A DNA stretch of 64,000 nucleotides from Schmidtea polychroa (lineage: Eukaryota): assembly GCA_044892525.1 (NCBI GenBank), contig CM097885.1:13022001-13086000 (forward strand), in the 5' to 3' direction. Below the pieces are notes generated by a model. It was given only the letters and a program-made list of their open reading frames with translations. It searched no databases and had not been told where the DNA came from. The position numbers and the translations under genes are program-made. Shown here in pieces: positions 10,781 through 23,280 of the stretch; position 1 is the first letter of the stretch, and every line of letters begins with the position of its first letter.

Positions 10781-11192
10781 ATGTATACAGAAACACCAAA
10801 AAGTTGTCATGGAGTAAGTTTTTCAATACTGTTTAATTTATTAAAGTAGTTCTGTTCAGGTCAATAGAATTGGAAAACAGATATTGGGAAATGAATTTGT
10901 AGGAGTTTTTCCTCTCGATAAAATCCCATATTTGAGCATTAATCAAGCCATAATCGTCAATACTCAATCGTCTCATCTTGGTGGAGAACATTGGATTGCT
11001 ATATATATGAAACCTAGTAATATATTCGTGTTCGATCCAATGGGTTTCTATTACCCTGCTTTGTTGGTATCAAAACTACAAACAATGGGGAAACCTATTG
11101 TATATAATAAAACTATGTTTCAAAATCCATTAACACAAACTTGCGGTCAACATTGTTTAGCTTGGTTGTTGTATAAAAAAATTGATGTTTAA
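10781..11192 (+). CDS. Adenain/Ulp1-like maturation cysteine protease, probably 2 exons (10781-10813, 10860-11192)
   Basis: FVGVFP.D, IVNT...GEHW, FDPMG, Q....TCGQHC (His/Asp/Gln/Cys catalytic set). The ATG follows the MCP stop directly; a GTAAGT..CAG 46-nt intron removes an in-frame stop. Confidence 0.88.
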
Positions 11193-11221
11193 TAAATGTA
11201 TCCTTTCCTTTGTTGTTGTTG

Positions 11222-11650
<429 letters not shown>

Positions 11651-11749
11651 TAATTAAATTTATTTTGAAAAATATTATTATCTAACTACACAATCATTGT
11701 GCATGCACAAAGTCATGACTAACAAAGATATGCAATCCCATTTGATACC

Positions 11750-11840
11750 ATTTGATTGGCTGATAGAGGAAAAAGTATTCAGAAATGTGTCTTAATTCTG
11801 ATTGGTTGAGACATGGAAATATTCCTGTTCTATATAAACA
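11750..11840 (+). promoter_or_regulatory. Candidate Pol II promoter of the pPolB gene
   Basis: Two GATTGG (reverse CCAAT) boxes at ~11754 and ~11800, and TATATAAA at 11831, about 80 nt before the ATG at 11915. Confidence 0.55.
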
Positions 11841-11914
11841 TTGACAAATTCCAAATTCATCACAATTTTATCAAAATTTTCAATTTCTAATTTTTCAAAA
11901 TTACAAACTTTAAA

Positions 11915-12967
11915 ATGTCTAACAATAACAACAACATATTAAGAAGTCTATTGACTAACGGTAATTTTATTATTTATTTATTTATTATATTTTATTCTTT
12001 ATTTTTTAGATGTGTTCGATTGGTATCAAGTTACTGAGGACGAAAGAATTTTGAATGTTGATAGGATTTTCGGTAAATTTAAATATTTTAATTTTTATGA
12101 AATTATTATTATTTTATTTAGAACCTATTATAATTAGCGACGATGATGATGTCGTGTTTATTGGACAAACTAATGCCCCGGATAATGATGCCTTATTTAT
12201 TAGGCAAAACAATGTTTTCAATAATCAAAGTAAATTTATTTTATTTTAGTATATTATTTTTTAAAAATCATTTAGTGTTTAATGTTGACATGGACGCCCC
12301 AATTAATAATGATGAGGAAAACAATATGGAAAATGTCCTCACTTCTATTGAGGAGAATAATGCTCACATATCTATTGATGAAAATAATGCCCTCACTTCT
12401 ATTGAGGAGGTAGCTGATGAGGAATCTGATTCCGATCAGGAATCACAATGTAAGCATTTATTTATTTTTATATTTCTTTAACAAAAATTTTTAAAATTTT
12501 CTTAATAACTTTTTTAAACATTTGCATAAATCTTAATCGTAAAATTATTATGTTTTTTGAATTATTATTGTAATTATGACGAAATTATGAAGAAATTACT
12601 ATGATGGAAATTATAAAGAAATTACTATGATGAAAATTATGAAAATACTATGATGAAACTAATATGACGAAAATGAAGAAAATTATGAAAATGTTATATT
12701 GAAATTATTATAACGAAAAATAGAGGAAATTATGAAAATGATGAAATTATGAAAATGATATTTGATGAAATTATTATGAAGAAATGAAGAAATTATTATG
12801 AAGAAATGATGAAATTATGAAAATGATATTTAATGAAATTAATATTATGATGAAATGATGAAATTATTATGAAATTATTAGGTTATGCAAATGTTTAAAA
12901 AAGTGATTAAGAAACTATAGTTTTAAAATATTCCTTGTAGTTTGCAATGAGCAACTACATTAGTTTA

Positions 12968-13046
<79 letters not shown>

Positions 13047-16000
13047 TATCTTGTAGTCTGCAGTGAGCATGCAGCTACATATCTCTTTTATTATGATTGC
13101 CCCAATAAATGTAGTCTGCAGTGAGCATGCAGCTACATATCTCTTTTATTATGATTGCCCCAATAAATGTAGTCTGCAGTCAGCATGCAGCTGCATCAAC
13201 TATTTATTACGTAATAAATACAATCTTTAAATGTAGTCTGCATGCAGCTGCATCAACTATTTATTACGTAATAAATACAATCTTTAAATGTAGTCTGCAT
13301 GCAGCTGCAACAAACTATTTATTGTGTAATAATTAACCCTTATTAAATATAGTCTGCATGCAGCTGCATCAAACTATTTATTTATTATGCAATAATTACA
13401 ATCTTTAAATGTAGTCTGCAGTGAGCATGCAGCTACATCAATAATAATAATACTAATATTTTTATTCTATACATATACTCTCTTTCTAATATTATTTTAA
13501 TAATTTAATATGTTTAGTTAGCATGCAACTAAAGACTCTTATTATATAAACATGTAGGTTACAGTGAGCATGTAACTACAGAAACAATAATAATAATAAA
13601 ATCCCTATTATAGTTTACAAGACTTTATTAATATTTTACAATTATTAATATTTATTTCATTTTTATATTGTATTTAAATGAAACATATATCAATAATTGC
13701 AAAAGAACTAAATGATAAAAGAAATATAAATGATATATTAATTTCATGATTAATAATAATTGATAAATATAATTAACAGGCAAATTTTATCCACATTACT
13801 GCCAGGCTTCAACTGGTCACTCAAATTTATGTCACAAAGTGATGAAAAAATATTATGGTCGTAAATTTTATGGCATCAAGTACTATATATGCCCAATATG
13901 CGAGACTTCCCATAGCATTAAATATTTAGAGTTTTACAGTATACATAAATCCCATTTAAATCAGTTCTCTTTAAATAAAAAGGATTTATTTAACAAACTA
14001 CGAAATACTGCAAAACCTATAATTAAAACTAATGTAAATAATATTACAAAACATGTAAATAATATTACAAAACCTGTAATTAAAACTAATACAAAACATG
14101 TAAATAATATTACAAAACCTCTAATTAATAATGTTATTAATGTAAATAATAATTTAAAAAGACCTGCTGTTAGTATTGGGTCTGATGCTCCCTCTAAAAT
14201 TAATAAATTAGAACAAATAACTGTGGTTAATAATATTCAAGTAGGCGGTTCAGTCGATATTGACGATGAACCTGAAATCGAAATTGATTTTAAGGGGGTT
14301 CGAAAGAATCTAAGATTTAATGTAGAAAAGGATAACATCGTTCAAATAACCATAACCGATAAAATCGTTAAGTTAAAACATGAAATAAACAGAATGGGGT
14401 CGGTGAAAATACAATTCTCTGTATTGATTCAATTTGAAAAAGATGGTGAAATTAAAGATAATTTCTTCTCGAATAGGGCAGAGGCTTTTTCAGATAGTTT
14501 TCTAAGTGAGGGGGTTCACAAATTAAATAATAAAATAGAAAAATTCACATATTTGGGTAGTGGATGGCGGGTTGTTAAAATCAAAGAAATAGATTTTATA
14601 TTAACAAAATTTACACATATGAATAGGCTAGCTGGACATAGTTACATCCCCACCCCATCATCTTTAAAATCTAAAAATGCAATAGTAAATGTTAAAAACA
14701 CCGATGATATGTGCTTTATATATAGTATTTTAGCACTTTTAAAACGTAATATTATACATAGACATAGGAACCGTGTTAGTTCCTATGAAAATTATCTCAA
14801 CGAGTTAAATTTTGACCCCATTTCCGACTGCCCAATGAAACTATGTGATATTCCTAAATTCGAGATGAAAAATAAGGATTTAAATTTAGCAATAAATGTT
14901 TTAACTTATAGAACGACCCCTGCTAAGCCTTTTGAAAATATAGTTGACGATAATTATATTCCACATCATCCCAAATTGGATATAATTCACCAATCTAAGG
15001 TTATAGGTGGTGAACCCATATACTTACTTCTATTGGAAGACGGAGATAATTTTCATTATACCGCAGTTTTTAATTTGCAAAGATTAATGAATTGTCGCTC
15101 TAGCAGTGAATGCGGCGTTAGAATTAAAGTGAACTGGTGCCCCCATTGTCTTAACGGATTTAGACTTAAAAATGCATTTGATATTCACGTTGCCTTATGC
15201 ATTAAAAACCAGATAGGTACTACTTTATATACCCTACCTAAAGAGAAAAATTTAATTTTTCAAAATTATGCGAAAACCATAACCCTGCCATTCGTGATAT
15301 ATGCAGACTTTGAATCAATTTTACCGGGGGATATAATACACCATCAAAAGCATTTGCCAATAACAGCAGGTTTATTATTAATAAATAATTATAATAACTC
15401 CAAATTTTATTATGAGTTTGTTGGGGATGATTGCATCTTATCTTTCTTGCGTAAGGTGGAGGAAATTCCTATGACAATTGTCCTACCATATTACGAAATT
15501 AATGGGAAAAAGCCCATGCAAACCTTGTCTTTCGCTGAAGAGCGGGCCTTTCGTGATTCCAGAACCTGTTATCTTTGTAAAAAATTCATTAGAAATAGAG
15601 TTAGGGATCATTGTCACTTTTCAGGTAAGTATCTTGGTGCTGCTTGTAGGAAATGTAATGTGTCTCGACGAATTCAGAAACAGTTACCTGTGGTTTTTCA
15701 CAATTTGAGGGGGTATGATCTTCATCATATTTTGAAGTATGGTTTGAATAATTTTCCTTCTTGGGAATTAAATATTATTCCGACCACTACTGAGAAATTC
15801 ATCTCTCTTATCGCGTACATTAACAAATTGTCTGTTCGTTGTATTGACAGCATGCAGTTTGTTAATTCGTCTTTAGCAAAAGCGGTTAAGACTCTTTCCG
15901 ATCTGCCTTTAACTTCTTCTGTTTTCGATGGCGCAATTGTTCGAGCCAAAGGTATCTTTCCTTATGACTTTGCCACATCTCTTGAGGTTCTAGAATCGAC

Positions 16001-17714
16001 TCTTGAATTGCCACCTATTTGGGATTCTGTGTCTAATGATGAATATGCATTAGCCTAAGTTATTTGGACTCAGCAAAACTGCAATAACATGTTAGATTAC
16101 ATGTTAACTTACCTTAAATTAGACGTGTTTCTCCTCGCAGACTATTTCCAACAATTCCGTGCAAAGGCCGTTGCTTACAATGGTCTTGAGCCTCTTAATT
16201 TCTATGGCATTCCCGGTATGTCATGGGCCTCTGCGCTTATGACATTAACGGAACCCATTGAACTTTTGCAGGACATGGAAATGTTTAATTTCTATGAAGG
16301 AGGGATACGGGGTGGGTTAACATTTGTTAACAAACATTATGTTGCAAGTTCTGAAGACACAGAACTCTTGTATATTGATATTAATAACTTGTATGGTTGG
16401 GCCTTAAGCCAAAATCTGCCTTATGCTGACTTTGTTTGGGTGTATGATGATCTTGATTCTGTCTTGAATGAATGTATGAATGCTGATATCGATAACCTTC
16501 CATATGGCTATACTATGGAGGTAGATATCGATATACCTGATTGTTTGCATGACTTTCTGAATGATTTTCCGCTTGCTCCGGAAAAGATGTGCCCGCCAAA
16601 TTCTAAAGTTGAGAAGCTGATGCTCACGCATTGGCCAAAGAAGAACCATGTTCTTCATTGGCGACTTCTCAAGTTGTATATAGAATTGGGGGCTATTATT
16701 AAAAATGTACATAGACCAATCAAATTTGAGCATGCACCCATTTTTAAATCTTACATAGACAAAAACACTAATTTGAGAGCCAATTCTACATGCGAATTAT
16801 ATAGGGATCTATACAAATTATTTAATAATAGTCTGTATGGGAAATCCGTAGAAAACCTTAAAAAACGGATGAATTTGAGGCTATGCAATTCAGCTGAAAA
16901 GATGATTGTATATGCTTCAAAGCCGACTTTCAAGAAATCTATCAAAATTGATGATGACTTGATTGCTGCACATCTCAATAAGGATTCTATATGTTTAGAC
17001 AGGCCTAGTTACATTGGCCAAACGGTGCTAGACCTGTCTAAACTGAGGATGTACCAGTTGCAGTATAAAGAATTGGCTAAATATAGAAATGAATTTAAAT
17101 GTGAGATAAATATCGTTGCCGGCGATACTGACTCCTTTTTTCTTGAGGTTAGGCACTGTAAGCTTGACACTCTTTTGCCGTCAATGATTCGTGACAATCT
17201 TTTAGACACTTCCAACTATGACCCTGCACATCCCTTATACTCTAGAAACCTTGATTCGGTGATAGGTAAATTTAAAGATGAAAGTAAAGGTCTAGGGTAT
17301 AAGGAATGGGTTTTCTTAAGACCCAAGTGCTATAGTTTGTTAGGGGTTAAAGATCATTTAAAGGCAAAAGGAGTTAGGTTAATAGGTACAGAAATTAGGC
17401 ACGATTCATATTTAGAATGCTACAATAACGACGTAGTATTTTCTGTGCCACAAAGTAAGATAGGGACGCGGAACCATCAATTGTACACATTTAAAAACAA
17501 TAAAATCGCGTTGACAAACAACGACGACAAGCGGTTTTGGGTGGGGAAAAATTCCAGTCTCGCATTTGGTCATTATTTAGCACTAGATGATATAAATGAT
17601 GATCAAATATTTGAAGAAGTTGGGGCACTATTCGGAGGATTAAGTCCAGATTTTGTTTCTGGTGATGATCCTAATGATGAAATTGATATTGACGATGTAC
17701 AATTGAGTGATTAA
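11915..17714 (+). CDS. Protein-primed family B DNA polymerase; predicted exons 11915-11960, 12010-12072, 12122-12229, 12276-12449, 13780-17714; single in-frame TAA at 16056-16058
   Basis: Exonuclease motifs YADFES, FHNLRGYD, YLKLDV. Polymerase motifs YIDINNLYG, KLFNNSLYGK, GDTDS. Also GSGW, an NTDDMCF...FHY region and an EndoVII-like CxxC..RDHCH insert. The two large ORFs share a frame, and four phase-1 GT-AG introns join the upstream exons in frame. Confidence 0.93.
12937..13580. repeat. Array of ~10 palindromic units GTAGTCTGCA(GTGAGCA)TGCAGCT(A/G)C with ~58-bp period
   Basis: Copies at about 12937, 13053, 13111, 13169, 13232, 13290, 13350, 13411 and 13554, plus an isolated copy near 18016. 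Confidence 0.85.
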
Positions 17715-18075
17715 GCGATTTTAATATATCTTTTTCCTGTGATAAATAAATATAACTTTGTAAAAACATTGATTTGTGTTGATTTTTATTAATGAAAAGT
17801 TTTCGTATTTCTTTCTATGGATAAAAATCATTATATTGTGTAATATTATTAAACATTCCTTAAGTGTTTAAACATAGAAAGTATATTAAAAATTGTTTTA
17901 TTATTGAAAACTAGTAATGTTGTCACTATGGAACAGGACTTTGTTTTGAGCCATTAAAAGAATTTAAATTTTTATAAAGTTTTATTTAATTTGATAATAC
18001 TGTTCATATTTACTTTAGTTTGCAGTGAGCATGTAACTAAATATCTTTGAAAAAAAAATAATAATAATAATAATA

Positions 18076-18162
18076 TGAACAGTACCCATGTGACTTGTTG
18101 AATGTGAGTAGTACCCATGTGAGCAATACCCATAGTGGGACAGAATATTTTGTCGGATAGAT

Positions 18163-18238
<76 letters not shown>

Positions 18239-19237
18239 TATAATAATTATAATAATAATAATAAATGACCTTGAAAAAATAAATGACCTTGAAAAAATAA
18301 ATGACCTTGAAAAATATAATGATCACTTAATTAAAACAAAAAATTAAATTAAAAAATGACCTTGAAAAAAAAGTCCTTTATGAGTCACGCGACCTTGAAA
18401 AAATAAATGACCTTGGAAAATAAATGACCTTGGGAATGACCTTGAAAAAATAAATGACCTTGAAAAAATAAATGACCTTGGAAATAATAATATTTTGAAA
18501 AATAAATGACCTTGAAAATGGTCTCGGGAAAACGTTAATAATTTTGCCAATAATAATTATATTAATAATATTTATATATCAATAGTTAGATCTTGCACTA
18601 AGCTTCAAAATAAGCTATCGATTAATAAATTCGGATAATGGGAACGATAACTTTTGGGATGATAAAAAGTAGGGGCCCGCCAGACCACTTAATAATTATA
18701 TGACCTTGAAAATGATTTTTGGTAAAATGTTAATAACTTTGTCAATAATAATGATGATGATACCTTCAATAGCTCATTCGAAAGGTCTTGCATTGGGCTT
18801 TAAAATAAGTGTTTGATTAATAAAATCTGTTGGCGGGAACATTAATTTTTGGGATGAAAAAAAGTAGGGGCCCTCCCGGCCAATTAATAATATTTTGGAA
18901 AATAATAATAATTTAACGTTGAAAAGATGGTGGTCATCAATTGTTAATAACATTAAAACTATTAAAGATATATAAGATACCTATAGCTCATTCGAAAGGT
19001 CTTGGACTGAGCTTTAAGATGAGGTATCGTCCAATAAAATCCGTTGGCGGGAACATTAATTTTTGGGATGAAAAAAAGTAGGAGCCCGCCAGACCACTTA
19101 ATTAAAACAAAAAATTAAATTAAAAAAAAATAATAAATGACCTTGACCTTTTATTTTTAAAAAAAAATTTTCCCGGGGGGGAGGGGGTATATGTGGTCTG
19201 GAGGGCCCATGGTCTGGGGAGCCCACATCATACTACT
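18076..19237 (-). repeat. Right terminal inverted repeat of the Polinton
   Basis: Near-identical reverse complement of 3143-4304; similarity decays at the inner end. Confidence 0.93.
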
Positions 19238-19730
19238 GTAGCCTAATTGATTTAGAATGAATTTATTCAAGATATAGAATTATTCAATTTATTTGCATAT
19301 TGAATTGGAGCCCTGTCATGGTTAATATGTATGGAAATGTATTGAACGAGGTAAATGCAATATTATATCTATATGGTTGACACATTTCAGGAGATTGGAA
19401 CACATTGATAATCCTTACCTGATGAATTATTAAACATATATTCATCAAAAGAAATTGATAAATGAAGTTAGATAAAATACATTTCAAGAATATTTCTTAT
19501 CAAAGTTTGATGGAGTTATGGACGGTTATATTCTATAGGCATCACATTATTTCATAGGCACTCCATAATGCTATTCCATAATTACTCCCAACAGTAATAG
19601 AATGCAATTACATTTCTTTTTATTTCATTTAAACAAACTTAAATTATTATTAAAACCATGACTGCGATATTTGGTTAACTTTTATTATTACTTTTATTAC
19701 TTTTGTTATTAGTATTATTATAAAAATACA

Positions 19731-19906
<176 letters not shown>

Positions 19907-20749
19907 CATTATTATTATATAAAAAATAATAAGAAGAAACATAAGAAATTTTAAAAATTTTTATTAAGGCAATCCAGTAAATTTGAAAAAATCCATAAAC
20001 TATAAAGTAGTATATTGTGCAGGAGTATTTTTATGTAGGTCAATTCAAAAGTAAGGGCCCACTCACTCAAAGTAGTCACATACACACAGGATATATATTT
20101 TCAATAAAAGTTTCAAAATATTGATGATAAAATTCAATATTGGGTGTTCACAGGTGAGTTTTCAACAGTATAGGGATAATTTCACTGTGAAGATGGAGAT
20201 GGGGTAATTTATGAGATCTTATTTAAATAAAATTTTGTTATATTTCTCAAGTATTCAGTAGAATACGATGATTGATGAAATCAATTTAATATATTTATTA
20301 TACTATTTGTTTTCCATAAAACATATTTTTTCAGATTGTTTAATATTTAAAAAAACATACTAGGCCATCAAATGTATAATTAGTATTAAATAGTCTTAGT
20401 AATTATATCTCCTAGAATGACATGAGTAGGTAGTTAGTGGCCCCCCGCAGCAATGACCCCCCGGGGGGAGGGGGGTTCTGCTGCAACTTTTTTTTTGCTG
20501 CAACTTTTGATTACGCAATTTTTCAGACTATAGTGAGGGGGTCTCGATGGTCCTGGGATTTCCAATACAAATAAAATTTTTTCAATACAAAAAGGTGGTC
20601 TACACTAAAAAAGCATGGTAATTTAAGGTCTCAAGATATTTTCAATACAAATAGATGGTCTACACTAAAAAAGCCAAGGATTTTTCAGACTATAGTGAGG
20701 TGGGTCTTCTTGGTCCTGAGAACTTCAATATAAAAAAGGTGGTAAATTT

Positions 20750-21270
20750 TTTCAATTACAGTAAATAATGGTCCAAATTTTTAAAATACAGTAAATTATG
20801 GTTCTAAAAAATTAAAATACAGTAAATAATGGGTCTAAAAATTAAATTACAGTAAATTATGGTCCAAATTTTAAATTAAAGTAAATTATGGGCTAAGATT
20901 TTTGAATTAAAGTAAATGATGGTCTAAATAAGTAAATCAAGGTCCAAAATTTTAACTTAGAGTAAATTATGGGCTCAGATTTTTGAATTAAAGTTATCAA
21001 TGGGCTCAAATAACTAAATTAAGGTTCAAATTTTTAAATAAAAGTAAATTATGGGTATAAAAATTCAATTACAGTAAATAATGGTCTAAATTTTTGAATT
21101 AATGTAAATTTAGGTTCTAAAATATTAAATTAAAGTAAATAATGGTCCAAATTTTAAAATTAAGTAATCAATGGTAAAAAATTTTAAATAAGTAAATTAA
21201 AGTAATAATTTTTAAATAAGTAAATTAAAGTAATGTAATAAGTAAATTAAAGTAAGATTTTTAAATTTAT
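20750..21270 (+). repeat. ~30-bp subterminal tandem repeats (AAATTACAGTAAATTATGGTC..)
   Basis: Directly visible; mirrored at 32280-32860. Confidence 0.8.
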
Positions 21271-21549
21271 TAACAAAATGTTGAAATAATAGAAGGTGTT
21301 TGAGAATTGAAATTTTTTAATGAAAATTTTTATGAAATAATTTTTTAAGTAATTTTTAATGGAGATTTTTATGAAATATTTTTCAATGGTAATTTTTATT
21401 GGAAATTTTTATGGAATAATTTTTTAAGTTAATTTTTAATGGAGATTTTTATGAAATATTTTTCAATGCTAATTTTTAATGGAACGTTTTAAGATAATTT
21501 TTAATGGAAATTTTTATGAAATATTTTTCAAAGACAAATTTTAATAATA

Positions 21550-22900
21550 ATTCAACAACAAACCAACAACTTAGTACCAACATGTATTTACAATTAGATA
21601 CTAACAACCAAAAACAAGCAACCAACTAGGTACCAGATACCAAGTACTAACAACCGCCAACAACCAGATACCTACAACTAGTTACTAACAACATGTTACC
21701 TGATACCAAGTACTTACAACTAGATACCTTGCACTAACTAACTCTCAAACAACCAGATACTTACAACCAAGTACAAGATACCAAGTACTAACAACCGAAA
21801 ACAACCAGATACCTACAACTAGTTACTAACAATTAGTTACTAACAACCAGTTACCTGCTACTAAGTTCTTACAACCAAGTACTAACTACCACCTACCATG
21901 TACTAACAACCAAAAACATGCAACCAACTAGCTAACTAACAACCAGTTACCTGATACCAAGTACCTACAACTAGATACTAACAACATGTTACCTGATACC
22001 AAGTACTTACAACCGACAACAAGCAGGTACTAAGCATCATCAACCAACTACTAAGTACATACAACCAACTAACAACTACTTACAACCAACATCAACCAAC
22101 TACCTACAACTAGTTACTAACAACCAGTTACCTGATACCAAGTACTTACAACCACCCACCCATTAACCAACATCAATCAGCTAACAACTAGCTACCACCT
22201 ACCCATTAACTAGCTACAACCAGCTAACTAGGTACTAGATACCAAGTACTAACAACCCACAAAAACCAGCTAACAACCAGCTAACAACCACCTACCAAGT
22301 ACTAACAACCGACAACAACCAGTAACTTACGAACATGTATTTACAACCAGATACCTACAACTAGTTACTAACAACTAGTTACCTGATACCAAGTACATAC
22401 AACTAGATACTAACAATCAGTTACCTGCTACTAAGTACCTAAAACCACCTAACAAGTACTAACAAACGACAACAACCAGGTACTAAGCATTATCAACCAT
22501 GTACTAACAACTAGATACCAAGTACTAACAACCAGTTACCAACTACTAAGCACCTACAACCACCTACCAAGTACTAACAACCGCCAACAACCAGATACCT
22601 ACAACTAGATACTAACAACCAGTTACCTGCTACCAAGTACCAACATCAACCAACTAGCTACAACCTACCAAGTACTAACAAACGCCAACAACCCATTAAC
22701 TAGCTACTAAGTACTATCAACCTACAACAACCAGGTACTAAGCATTATCAACCAAGTACCTACAACCAACAACAACTAGCTACCACCTACTAAGTACTTA
22801 CAACCAAGTATAAGATACCTAGTACTAAGCACTGTCAACCAAGTACTAACAACTAGATACCAGGTACTAAGCACTGTCAACTAGATACCAAACACTTACA
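21550..22900 (+). repeat. C/A-rich shuffled short-motif array (ACAACCAGTTACC, GATACCAAGTACTAAC)
   Basis: Dozens of permuted copies, mirrored as a shorter G/T-rich array at 31290-32015. Confidence 0.85.
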
Positions 22901-23207
22901 ACTAAATGACCACATGAAATTATTGGTTAAATATGAAAATAAGGGTTATATTTAGTTGTTAAGTAAATTATGGTGTAAAATTAAGTAATAAAGAATAATT
23001 AGGTAAATTAAGGATAAATTAAGGAAAATTAAGGTTCAAAATTTAAAATTAAAGCTAAAGGAGTAAATTAAAGTAATAATTTTTAAATAAGTAATGTAAT
23101 AAGTAAATTAAACTAAGATTTTTAAATTTATTATCAAAAGATTGAATAACCACCAACTTTTTTGAGAAATGTAATTTATAATGAAAATTTAAATGGAAAT
23201 TTTAATG

Positions 23208-23280
<73 letters not shown>

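Noticed and set aside
12937..13580. CRISPR-like look of palindromic repeats with ~32-40 nt spacers
   Set aside because: Spacers are duplicated or related to each other, there are no cas genes, and the context is eukaryotic; it is a tandem array.
16089..17714. Treating the two pPolB ORFs as separate genes
   Set aside because: Same frame, and the conserved sequence runs through the single stop.
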